Assembly (NCBI GenBank): GCA_965217115.1
Contig: OZ244239.1
Location: forward strand, 832,001 to 896,000
Reading direction: 5' to 3'
Source of the DNA: Bdellovibrionales bacterium
Lineage (GTDB): Bacteria > Bdellovibrionota > Bdellovibrionia > Bdellovibrionales > CAYMLA01
DNA length: 64,000 bases
Positions 44,222-52,964 of the stretch are shown in pieces; positions within the stretch are counted from its first letter, which is position 1, and the number at the start of each line of letters is the position of its first letter. Position numbers and translations under genes: made by a program. The notes below the pieces were generated by a model, which was not told the DNA's origin, did not search any database, and saw nothing but the letters and a program-made list of their open reading frames with translations.

Positions 44222-44683
44222 TTATATTCGACGAGGTCCGCGAGGTTTTTTTGAACCGCCATTTCTCTTCCTACGCTTTGGACAAAGAGAACTACTTTCT
44301 AAATTTTTATTCTCATCACAAGAAGAGATATAACAATCTCTATAATTAGAATCATCACAACGACTCAATGCCCGATTTTTCGCCCTATGCTCTCTGCGAC
44401 CAAAACCCTCGAATACTTTTCCGGTTCCATCTCTTCTCGTTCCTACTGCTTTACAAGTGTAGTCGTAGGAATAACATCTTTCACGGCAGGCCCCATGCTT
44501 AGAGGTACAATCTCCACAACTGTAATGACCACCCCGATGCTCTTCATGACCAGTGTCTTTATAGGAGCAGCTATAGCCTCCTGATCCGCCACTATCATCA
44601 CTACCTATGATATCATCAATCGTCGCCCAAGAAAAACTTCCCAAAGACACCAACATCAATAAAAAAACTAAATACTTGCTCAT
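44222..44683 (-). CDS. small secreted cysteine-rich protein
   Basis: GAGGAGG SD, signal peptide MSKYLVFLLMLVSLGSFSWA, ten Cys, HEEHRGGH motif, basic tail. Confidence 0.75.
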   Translation of the reverse strand: MSKYLVFLLMLVSLGSFSWATIDDIIGSDDSGGSGGYSCSYKDTGHEEHRGGHYSCGDCTSKHGACRERCYSYDYTCKAVGTRRDGTGKVFEGFGRREHRAKNRALSRCDDSNYRDCYISSCDENKNLESSSLCPKRRKRNGGSKKPRGPRRI

Positions 44684-44746
44684 AAAATCCTCCTCTTCCA
44701 TTATTTATAAAAACTCTCTTCTTGTTAAACTCAACCAACTACAAGA

Positions 44747-44761
44747 GCAATCATAATGCCA
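44747..44761 (-). promoter_or_regulatory. sigma54 (-24/-12) promoter
   Basis: Minus strand TGGCAT-TATGA-TTGC(T), exact GG-N10-GC spacing, about 65 nt upstream of the Cys-rich gene. Confidence 0.7.
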
Positions 44762-44909
44762 AAAAAATGGAGTCAAATGGGCTCCATTGAAAAATATACA
44801 GAGACGAATCATGAATTCACGGGTTGATGCACTGCATGATTTCGAGAAACCCATCCCTTTTGGTGCATATTGCTACCAAAACAATGTTCGTGTTTCTAAC
44901 ATATAGACT

Positions 44910-45344
44910 TTGGAAGAAGGCACACAGAGAGCCAGACCCGTGTTCTTCTTGCCAGACTGGGTTGATGATAAGGGTTGTACAAAGTCTAAAGCTGATTTTG
45001 TAAAAGTAAGTGTTGAGCCTGAGAAAAAGAAAAATATCCAAGAGTTTGTAGATAAAAATATAGAGCCTGGGTCTATAGTGAATACAGATGGAGGACGTTC
45101 AGTAATAGATATAAAAAATGTTAATCATGATTATCAAGCCGTTGCTGGAGATCAGAAGGTTGTAGATCGTTGGCTTCCCTGGGTGCATAAGTTTATCTCA
45201 AATGCTAAGTCTTGGGTTAATGGAACCCATCACGGAGTACCCTCAAAGCACCTTGAGTTATACTTGTCAGAATATGCTTATCGATTTAATCGGAAACATG
45301 ACCATGAAACTCTGTTCCACAGCGCTTTGGTTGCGTGTACGTGA
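44910..45344 (+). pseudogene. IS1595-family transposase, C-terminal fragment (ISSod11-like)
   Basis: IEPGSIVNTDG, LPWVHKFISNAKSW..GTHHGV..KHLELYLSEYAYRFNR; N-terminal Zn finger, HTH and first Asp missing. Confidence 0.85.
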
Positions 45345-45397
45345 GTGCTAGCTAATCTCTATGGACTCGATTAGCCCAAGCAGGTCAGTCTTATTTT

Positions 45398-45856
45398 TTA
45401 GTTATTTTTTTGAATATTGTTGATTTTAATTTTCTTTAGGCTACCCATGATAGCTGGGACCTTAGTATTAGTTTGAGATTTAGAGTCAATTTTATTGCAA
45501 TTTTTTTGTTGTAGCGAACATATGATCCAAAAAGTTTTTTCATTACTTCCTCTTTTCGGTAAAAACTCAAACGCACCTACTGACCCCAAATTAGCAGTCA
45601 CTAAACTTCCCGATGAAATAAGTTGGTTTACCTTAGCTTGTTGTATCCTATTGATTTCTAGAATTTTTTCTCCCGTACGGGAATCAATGATTAAGTTATT
45701 TGTTCTATGTACCCAACCCTGTGGCAATATAGTAAAAATATCGTTAGAAATCAACACTGAGGCATTACCCACGCCCGAAGATCCATTTGTTGCATGTATA
45801 TAAGGAGCTACAAATAATAATAAAATAAATAAGAATGAAATAGGTTTTATTGCCAT
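45398..45856 (-). CDS. hypothetical secreted protein
   Basis: Signal peptide followed by NGSSGVGNA; overlaps the upstream stop codon (coupled). Confidence 0.65.
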   Translation of the reverse strand: MAIKPISFLFILLLFVAPYIHATNGSSGVGNASVLISNDIFTILPQGWVHRTNNLIIDSRTGEKILEINRIQQAKVNQLISSGSLVTANLGSVGAFEFLPKRGSNEKTFWIICSLQQKNCNKIDSKSQTNTKVPAIMGSLKKIKINNIQKNN

Positions 45857-46725
45857 TCTCTTTCACCCTTCCCCTTCGTTAAGGGAAAACCTGAAAACAG
45901 CAGCGCATAAACTTGCTCAGGGTCTTGATTTTCCATGGCCCATTCGTTTAGTGTACTCATAAATTTTCTAACTCGCTTTTTAAGTTCAGGAAGTTGTTTT
46001 TTTGAAAGCCCTACTAAGTATGTGTTCATTTCACGATGATCGGATTTTCCAAGTTCAAGACTTTGTTGTGCTCGTTTTAGGAGACCATTGTAAAAAATCT
46101 TTGTAGAAGCCCTTTGCAAATCTGGTTTTGTTTTTACTCTTTTATTAGTTTGTTTTAGTTCTCTATTAGAGTTTCTATTTACTAGATTGAGTGTCTGTAA
46201 TACTTCTAATATCTCAATAATTTCTTGTTCAGATGCTAGGTTATGTAATTGGTCCTGAATCCAACGAGGACTCTCCCTAAATCCTTCAACATTAGTCAAC
46301 ACCATTATGGCATGGTGTAGCCAATTACTAATACATTCAAATTCATACTCTTCTAATGTCCTTCGAGTTATTCCAAATGATTTTTTTCTTTTCCGAAGCC
46401 TTAATACTCTTTCGTGATAGTACTCTCTTTCTAGGATATCCTTAGCTTGGTTAAAGTTAACAAGTGCCTCAAAGTATTCACTTTCATCTTCTGAAAAACT
46501 AATACCCTTTGAAAATCTAATGATATTATTTGCAGTTAAGTTTTTCTCATTGTCCATAACAAGCTTATAATAATTAGGGCTACCTAGCCCACAGCTTTTT
46601 GAAAATCTTGAGTACGTAAACCCATTTTTTTTATGTTTTTGGAATTGATAATAGTCCCTCAAAAATTCCCTATAATTATTGTAATCAAAGATAGAGGGAC
46701 TATTTTTTGTTTCTAAATCAATCAA
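45847..46725 (-). CDS. TIGR02147 (DUF4423) family protein
   Basis: IFDY.NYREFLRDYY...K...FTY..FS...GLGSPNY.KLVM..EKNLT, YFEALV.FNQ, W.H..I, QVY.L....FPLT. Confidence 0.85.
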   Translation of the reverse strand: MIDLETKNSPSIFDYNNYREFLRDYYQFQKHKKNGFTYSRFSKSCGLGSPNYYKLVMDNEKNLTANNIIRFSKGISFSEDESEYFEALVNFNQAKDILEREYYHERVLRLRKRKKSFGITRRTLEEYEFECISNWLHHAIMVLTNVEGFRESPRWIQDQLHNLASEQEIIEILEVLQTLNLVNRNSNRELKQTNKRVKTKPDLQRASTKIFYNGLLKRAQQSLELGKSDHREMNTYLVGLSKKQLPELKKRVRKFMSTLNEWAMENQDPEQVYALLFSGFPLTKGKGEREWQ

Positions 46726-47297
46726 TCCTTAATTTCCTTATGATTCTTAAATCCTACTGAGGCTGCATGGAAAAAGGTGAGTCTATAAGTGCTCATCTGT
46801 GGTTCTTCTCGTTCAAGATGAGTGATTCTCGAACCGACTAAAAGCACGATACTCTTAATACTAACACCCAAACCGTTATAAAGTTTTGTGGAGTATGTAG
46901 TAACATCTGAAAATAGCTCGCCTGTATTTGGTTGAAGTAAGCTTCCTGTACCACTAAAAACAACACTTATGCGGGTTCCTTGTCTATTTGTTAAGTAGTT
47001 TTTTTGTACTTTATAGTTTTCAAAACCTTTATACGCTAGACAGTGATTTGCAAAAAACTCTAAAACTTTCCACTGGTTTCCAGCTGTACCTAGAAATGCC
47101 TTTGTACATCGGTATAGTGCTGCCTTTTTACCATCTTGCCTAACAACAGCTACAGAAAGTCTTTCGCCCATAGAATCTTCTACACTAGCTGTATAGATAG
47201 ACAGCATTGAAACAAGTTCTGAATTTGAATTTTCTGCTCCATAACAGATAGAAGAGCCGAACGCTAATATGATTAAGGTTTGTACTATCTTATTCAT
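46722..47297 (-). CDS. hypothetical secreted protein
   Basis: AGGGGG SD, signal peptide MNKIVQTLIILAFGSSICYGA; 4-bp overlap with the TIGR02147 gene. Confidence 0.7.
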   Translation of the reverse strand: MNKIVQTLIILAFGSSICYGAENSNSELVSMLSIYTASVEDSMGERLSVAVVRQDGKKAALYRCTKAFLGTAGNQWKVLEFFANHCLAYKGFENYKVQKNYLTNRQGTRISVVFSGTGSLLQPNTGELFSDVTTYSTKLYNGLGVSIKSIVLLVGSRITHLEREEPQMSTYRLTFFHAASVGFKNHKEIKD

Positions 47298-47716
47298 TTA
47301 TCCCCCTTTGGATTAGATTAGTTGGACCAGCAATCGCGTGATCAAACTAGATTTGAAAACAGTAATTAATCAATATTTTTTTAACTTTTTAGTTAAAAAA
47401 TGGGTTTTCTTAACTTTAATGCATAGCGTAATTTAATTTAAGCAAAAGTGTTTGGGTAGAAATGTTCATAGGAGCCGTTAAAACTCACAAAACTAATGGT
47501 TTAATTATCAGCTTTGTTCACAATTTGTTTATTTAGGTGAATACTTAGAGACTTAAAAAAAGCAAGTTTCCAGAAATTTTTTGTGTTTTTTGCAACGGTG
47601 ACGGACTCCCTACACAGGGTGTCTACCACCCAAAAGGAAGCCACTGTGTTAATCTGTTTTTTAATGTCTCTTAAAATAGCTATCATAAAATAAGTTAAGC
47701 TATTTGGTGCATATTG

Positions 47717-49522
47717 CTACCAAAACAATGTTCGTGTTTCTAACATATAGACCTGACCATTCTCTCTAGAAAAAAATGTTAAAAAATCCATAAGAGTTGA
47801 AACCTGACCTTTAGGGGCTTTTTGAAAAATTAATAACGGGTTCAATAAAGACTGCAACCTCACCCCAAAACCCATCGCTATTTTTTTCCACTTAGACAAA
47901 CTGTCGTTGATCACATGCACATGGTAATCATCCTTGAGATGAGCCTTTGTTGCCGCATATTTTATCGCTTTCTCCAATCCACCTAATTGATCAACCAAAC
48001 CAATTTTCTGTGCATTCAACCCTGACCACACACGGCCCTGAGCTATCTTGTTAATTTGACTCTTATTTTTATTACGTCCCTGAGCCACGACTGCAATAAA
48101 TCGGTCGTAAATTTCATTCACTGATCTCTGTAAAACACGCCGTTCAAACTCACTCATTGGCTTTGTTCCATCAATAAAATTAGCATTTTCATGGGTCTTA
48201 ACATTTTGAAAATTAACTTGGAGATCTTTTGTTAAAAACTGACTTCCATCAAACAAAAGAGCAAACACTCCAATAGAGCCTGTCACCGTCAATGGGTCAG
48301 CAAAAATCTGATCTGCTCCTGCCGCCATATAATACCCTCCTGAAGCAGCTGCACCACCAAAAGACACGACAATAGGAAAACTCTTATTCGTCTCTTTTAA
48401 TACAAGTAACGAACGATACATCTCCTCCGAAGCCAAAGCACTTCCCCCTGGACTGTTCACTCGAATGACTAGAGCTTTCACTTTCTTAGATTTTTTGACC
48501 TGTTCAATCATATCCAAAAAACCTTCACTGCCTATCTGCCCACTATTACTGCTATAACCATCAACAATCTCTCCCGTTGCATAAATCACCGCCACATGAT
48601 CACTCTTCACTTTAGCTTCCAAATTTACCATTTTTTTACTGGTTCTCTTTAAATACTGACGCAAGGAAATCTTCTGACTGAAATCCACACCATCTACTTT
48701 TAGCTCTTTCACCTGATCCATATATAAAAGCCCGTCTATTAATTTTGCCTTTAAAGCATCTTTTGGATGGGTCACAGACATCTTATTAGCTAACAAGTCC
48801 AAATACCCAGAAGTTAATTTCCTCCCCTTAGCCACCTGTTCACGGATGTAACTCCAAAATTGACCTAACAGGGCTCTGGTTTGTTGACGATTGGCTTCGC
48901 TCATCTGATCTTCAACGAACATTTCTGCTGCAGACTTGAACTTACCCGCTCTAACAACTTGAGCATTTATATTCCATTTTTCTAAAGTTTTTTTCAGATA
49001 AGGCGACGAAGAAGAGAAACCATTCCACTCCACAGAACCATAGGGCATCATGTAAATCTTCGTAGCCGCGCTTAAAACAAACAAATTCTTTTCAGTTAAG
49101 TTCTTTGTGAAAGCCACTATCGGCTTTCCTTTAACCTCTAACAACCCCTGACGTATTTCATTCGCCGTCGCCCAGTTAAACCTGCCTTGGTTCATCTCCA
49201 GCAACACCCCTTTAATTGTTGAGTCTTTAGAAATATTTTTTAACACCTTCAGTAATTGACTTAACTCCAAAATCTGTGGACCTTGGTTAAAGTTATTTGA
49301 TAAAAACATCTCAAAGGGATCTTTCTCCAAGTTTCCCACTACTGTCCCTAGCCGTAAATGTAATACTCCCTCCTTTACAGTTGACCCATCTGTCGATAGA
49401 GACACTGATGGTGAAAACTCACTCACAGCAAATATCAATCCCATAAGGCATAAACCCATAAAAGAAATAGCCGTAAATACTCCTAATAAACTTGCAATGA
49501 ACATTTTAAAAAATACTTTCAT
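47717..49522 (-). CDS. sppA: signal peptide peptidase SppA (67K type)
   Basis: RAGKFKSAAE, IRVNSPGGSALASE, AASGGYY, TGSIGVF, AQGRVWSG..A...GLVD.LGG. Confidence 0.95.
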   Translation of the reverse strand: MKVFFKMFIASLLGVFTAISFMGLCLMGLIFAVSEFSPSVSLSTDGSTVKEGVLHLRLGTVVGNLEKDPFEMFLSNNFNQGPQILELSQLLKVLKNISKDSTIKGVLLEMNQGRFNWATANEIRQGLLEVKGKPIVAFTKNLTEKNLFVLSAATKIYMMPYGSVEWNGFSSSSPYLKKTLEKWNINAQVVRAGKFKSAAEMFVEDQMSEANRQQTRALLGQFWSYIREQVAKGRKLTSGYLDLLANKMSVTHPKDALKAKLIDGLLYMDQVKELKVDGVDFSQKISLRQYLKRTSKKMVNLEAKVKSDHVAVIYATGEIVDGYSSNSGQIGSEGFLDMIEQVKKSKKVKALVIRVNSPGGSALASEEMYRSLLVLKETNKSFPIVVSFGGAAASGGYYMAAGADQIFADPLTVTGSIGVFALLFDGSQFLTKDLQVNFQNVKTHENANFIDGTKPMSEFERRVLQRSVNEIYDRFIAVVAQGRNKNKSQINKIAQGRVWSGLNAQKIGLVDQLGGLEKAIKYAATKAHLKDDYHVHVINDSLSKWKKIAMGFGVRLQSLLNPLLIFQKAPKGQVSTLMDFLTFFSRENGQVYMLETRTLFW

Positions 49523-49589
49523 CCTGACCTCTTACCTATGGGGGGTTGTTGCTCTTATACTTTTTATATTTGATTTAGGCAAATGACAC

Positions 49590-49702
49590 GCTATTTTAAT
49601 GGGCTTTATTAGTTAGCTCAGACATGCGTTTGGCAGCGCCGCTCGCCATGCGAGCAGCGCACCAAGCCGAACTCGCTAAATAATAAAGCCCATTAAAATA
49701 GC
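49590..49702 (+). repeat. palindromic element copy B (22-bp perfect arms plus 68-bp core)
   Basis: gctattttaatgggctttatta (49590-49611) / taataaagcccattaaaatagc (49681-49702); core 49613-49680. Confidence 0.92.
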
Positions 49703-49765
49703 TCTCCTTGAAATCGCATTTGACTGGGAGCAACAGGGGGCCGGGGGCTGGGAACAACGGGGGCC

Positions 49766-49949
49766 GGAGGAGGGGGAATAACGGAAGCGGAGGAGGGGGA
49801 ACAACGGAAGCGGAGGAGGGGGAACAACGGGGGCGGAGGAGGGGGAACAACGGGGGCGGAGGAGGGGGAACAACGGGAGCGGAGGAGGGGGAACAACGGA
49901 ACCGGAGGAGGGGGAACAACGGGGGCGGAGGAGGGGGAACAACGGGAGA
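49766..49949 (+). repeat. G-rich tandem repeat, 8 x 23 bp
   Basis: Unit ggaggagggggaacaacgg(gggc/aagc/gagc/aacc); degenerate units also at 49727-49765. Confidence 0.95.
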
Positions 49950-49974
49950 GGGAGAGGGACACTGCTCCCACACT

Positions 49975-50067
49975 CCGGCCCCCGCTGTTTGCTCGCCTCC
50001 GGACCCGCTGTTCCCCCGCCTCTGGACCCGCTGTTTCCCCGCCTCCGGGCCGCTGTTTGCTCGCCTC
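49975..50067 (-). repeat. inverted, diverged array of the same G-rich unit (about 4 x 22-24 bp)
   Basis: ccg(g/a)cccgctgtt(tg/cc)..cgcct units; reverse complement aggcgggggaacagcgggtccgg resembles aggagggggaacaacgggggcgg. Confidence 0.8.
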
Positions 50068-50638
50068 TCAGGAAATAGATACTGGAGCAGCATTGACATC
50101 TTTAAAAACACCACAAAGCTGACTCCAAGTGGTTTTATCTTATTCTCTCAAAAATAAATTGCCCTATATATTCACCAGTATTTCTATGCACACCCTCTTT
50201 AAAATCCGTGTCCTATGTTCAAGATAGCTTAAGTCTATGTAAATTAATTATCAATTTAGCTAAATTAAAACTTGATGCCTCATCGGATTACTAGGTTAAT
50301 GATCTTCTTAACATCACTCAAATTTTCCTGGTCATTCCCTTAAAATCAATTTTGAAACCAATCAGGCTATGTGGAGCCCACATCTCATCTTCACATAATT
50401 CTTTGATCTTAAATCAAAACTATGTGTGACTCACCTTTTCCTCACCACCTTTTTGGGCATCTTTTTGATTCAATACTTCAAAATTTTCCAATCACTTTTT
50501 AATTGTTCTAAAACACAAAAACTCTCACTCTCCGCCAATGTTTATTATAAACAAAGACCTAACACCTCGATCCATCGAAAAGCCTCCAAAGAACTTTACA
50601 CAAACAGGTCTGGACAAGAATAAACTAATACTTTTTTT

Positions 50639-50694
50639 CCGCTGTCCCCTCTCCTCCGGCCCGCTGTCCCCCCTCCTCCGTCTCCGCTGTCCCC
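50639..50694 (-). repeat. third G-rich array (about 2.5 units) next to copy C
   Basis: ccgctgtcccctctcctccggc / ccgctgtccccctcctccgtct / ccgctgtcccc. Confidence 0.75.
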
Positions 50695-50710
50695 AGTCAA
50701 ATGCAGATTT

Positions 50711-50843
50711 CAAAGGAGGTTTTTTTAAATGCCCTTCTATTCTTTAGCGAGTTCGGCTTGGTGCGCTGCTCGCATGGCGAGCGGCGCTGCCAAACGCATG
50801 TCTGAGCTAAAGAATAGAAGGGCATTTAAAAAAACCTCCTTTG
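50711..50843 (-). repeat. palindromic element copy C (38-bp perfect arms; core identical to copy B, inverted)
   Basis: caaaggaggtttttttaaatgcccttctattctttagc (50711-50748) / 50806-50843; 50743-50810 is the exact reverse complement of 49613-49680. Confidence 0.92.
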
Positions 50844-50849
50844 CCAAAA

Positions 50850-51536
50850 TCACAAAAAAATTTCTGTCATTTTCTTTTTAAGCCTCCCAACAAACCCCCC
50901 TTGATCTATTTTTTCACCCGTCAATTCCTCCAAACTCACCATCACATTAGAGTTAAATCCACAGGGGTACACACCTTTAAAGGCCTCGTCATCTTTATGT
51001 AAATTTATTGCCGCTCCATGAAAGGTACACCATTTTTTTATACCAATTCCCAGAGAAGCAAGTTTTTTCTCTTTTACCCAAACTCCTGTCGCCTCTTCTG
51101 GAGATGTTTCTCTATCCCTCTTTTGCGAGCTTCTTCCCGTAGCTATCACTCCATAATCAGAAACTGTCTCCACCAATACTCTTTCAAATAAGCGAAGATA
51201 AGAACCTATGTCCCTCGCCCTGCGCAACTCACTGCGACTCTTTTGATTTAAGTCAACAATAGGATAAATTACCAGCTGACTTGGGCCATGATAAGTGGAA
51301 CGTCCACCACGATTGATCGACAGCAAATCTCCACTCCAGTCGGCGTACTCATAATCCTGAGTCGCACGGCCTAAAGTCACCACCGGAGGATGAGTACAGA
51401 AAATGACTGTGTCACCAGTTTCCCCCGATTGCACCTGTAACAGAGTTGTCTCTTGACGGGACAGAGCTATGTGGTAATCCAAGCATCCCCAATCCTGCCA
51501 AATTATATCATTGGCTTTTTTATTTTTTTCTATCAT
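50850..51536 (-). CDS. lipB: lipoyl(octanoyl) transferase
   Basis: HPPVVTLGR, RGGRSTYHGPSQLVIYP, TGVWV..KKLASLG, HG.A.N, PCG. Confidence 0.95.
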   Translation of the reverse strand: MIEKNKKANDIIWQDWGCLDYHIALSRQETTLLQVQSGETGDTVIFCTHPPVVTLGRATQDYEYADWSGDLLSINRGGRSTYHGPSQLVIYPIVDLNQKSRSELRRARDIGSYLRLFERVLVETVSDYGVIATGRSSQKRDRETSPEEATGVWVKEKKLASLGIGIKKWCTFHGAAINLHKDDEAFKGVYPCGFNSNVMVSLEELTGEKIDQGGFVGRLKKKMTEIFL

Positions 51537-52948
51537 CGAGTCAGTGGTTTTTGAATCACATGAATGGCATGACCTAAAGCCATCTCCGCTGATTCCATCA
51601 TCGTTTCACCCAAAGTCGGATGGGGGTGAATGGTCAATGCAACATCCTCTAGAGTCGCTCCCATTTCTATAGCTAACACCGCTTCACTGATTAAATTACT
51701 CGCTTCAGGACCAACAATGTGAACTCCTAAAATCACACCCGTTTTTTCATTAGCGATGAACTTCACAAACCCCTCTGTCTCCATCAAAGACACTGCCTTG
51801 CCATTCGCTGCAAAAGGAAACTTAGATATCTTTAGATCTTTATAACCTTTGGCCTTACATTCATCTTCTGTCATTCCAGCTGAAGCTATTTCAGGGTCAG
51901 TAAATATAACTGCAGGAACTGTTTTAGCGTCGTAGACTCGATTCTTCCCTGCAATCACTTCGGCTGCAATCATCCCTTCATGGCTCGCCTTATGGGCCAA
52001 CATCGGCTGACCTGCGATATCACCAATAGCAAAAATATGGGGTAAACTCGTACGACATTGAGCATCTGTACTAACAAAACCTTTTTCATCAATATTCAAT
52101 TTTATTTTTTTCAAACCCGCTTCATCAGAATTAGGCTTGCGCCCCACTGTCACCAAGACCTTGTCTGTTTTTATTTTCTCTTCTTTAGAACTTAAATCAA
52201 CTGTCACGATATAAGCTCCCCCCGATTTTTCGCAACTCTTAGCTTTAGCATTCAGAAGAACTTTAACTCCTGATTTTTTTAACTTACGTTCAACGATTTT
52301 TGCACAATCAGGGTCCGCAGCAGCAGCTAAGAGTTTTTGACCTGCTTCGACTATGGTTACATTCGATCCTAACTTCTGCATATAAGACCCAATCTCTAGG
52401 CCAATATACCCTCCGCCAATCACCACCATGTCTTTAGGAACTTTCTCAAAATTCAACGCTCCTGTAGAAGAACAAATTCCTTGCTCATCAAAATTGAATC
52501 CAGAGATCTCAATAGGACGCGAACCCGTCGCAATAATATAATTTATCGCCTTTAAACTCTTTACTCCCTCTTTGGTCTTAATCGATAATTCTTGAGATGT
52601 TTTGAACTCAGCTTCGCCAATAATAATATCGACTTTATTGCCTTTCAAAAGTTGACTCACACCAGAGGTCATACGATCAACCACCGTGCCTTTCCAGTTT
52701 TTTAATTTTTTCATATCTAATTTAACACTACCTAGGTTAATTCCCATTTCCCCAGAATCATGTTGCGCTCGATGCAAAAAATGCGCTGCCGATATCATCG
52801 CCTTTGAAGGAATACAGCCCACATTTAAACAAATTCCACCAAGAGACTCTCTTTCTATAATAACTGTTTTTTTACCCAACTGAGCCGAACGAATCGCCGC
52901 AACATAACCACCAGGGCCAGCACCAATGACACAAACATCGTAATTCAT
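51533..52948 (-). CDS. lpdA: dihydrolipoyl dehydrogenase (E3)
   Basis: GAGPGGY, GGICLNVGCIPSK, HPHPTLGE. Confidence 0.97.
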   Translation of the reverse strand: MNYDVCVIGAGPGGYVAAIRSAQLGKKTVIIERESLGGICLNVGCIPSKAMISAAHFLHRAQHDSGEMGINLGSVKLDMKKLKNWKGTVVDRMTSGVSQLLKGNKVDIIIGEAEFKTSQELSIKTKEGVKSLKAINYIIATGSRPIEISGFNFDEQGICSSTGALNFEKVPKDMVVIGGGYIGLEIGSYMQKLGSNVTIVEAGQKLLAAAADPDCAKIVERKLKKSGVKVLLNAKAKSCEKSGGAYIVTVDLSSKEEKIKTDKVLVTVGRKPNSDEAGLKKIKLNIDEKGFVSTDAQCRTSLPHIFAIGDIAGQPMLAHKASHEGMIAAEVIAGKNRVYDAKTVPAVIFTDPEIASAGMTEDECKAKGYKDLKISKFPFAANGKAVSLMETEGFVKFIANEKTGVILGVHIVGPEASNLISEAVLAIEMGATLEDVALTIHPHPTLGETMMESAEMALGHAIHVIQKPLTR

Positions 52949-52964
52949 ATTATTCTTCCTTATT

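Larger units (their letters stand above)
44859..47752. mobile_element. genomic islet inserted at the sppA 3' end
   Basis: Identical 50-bp direct repeat tttggtgcatattgctaccaaaacaatgttcgtgtttctaacatatagac at 44859-44908 and 47703-47752; the second copy includes the sppA stop codon. Confidence 0.85.

Noticed and set aside
49766..49949. Possible CRISPR array
   Set aside because: The units are directly adjacent with no unique spacers, and there are no cas genes in the window.
49596..50157. Pro-rich and Gly-rich ORFs on both strands
   Set aside because: They arise from a stop-free 23-bp repeat whose period is not a multiple of 3; several frames are open and none has a convincing start.
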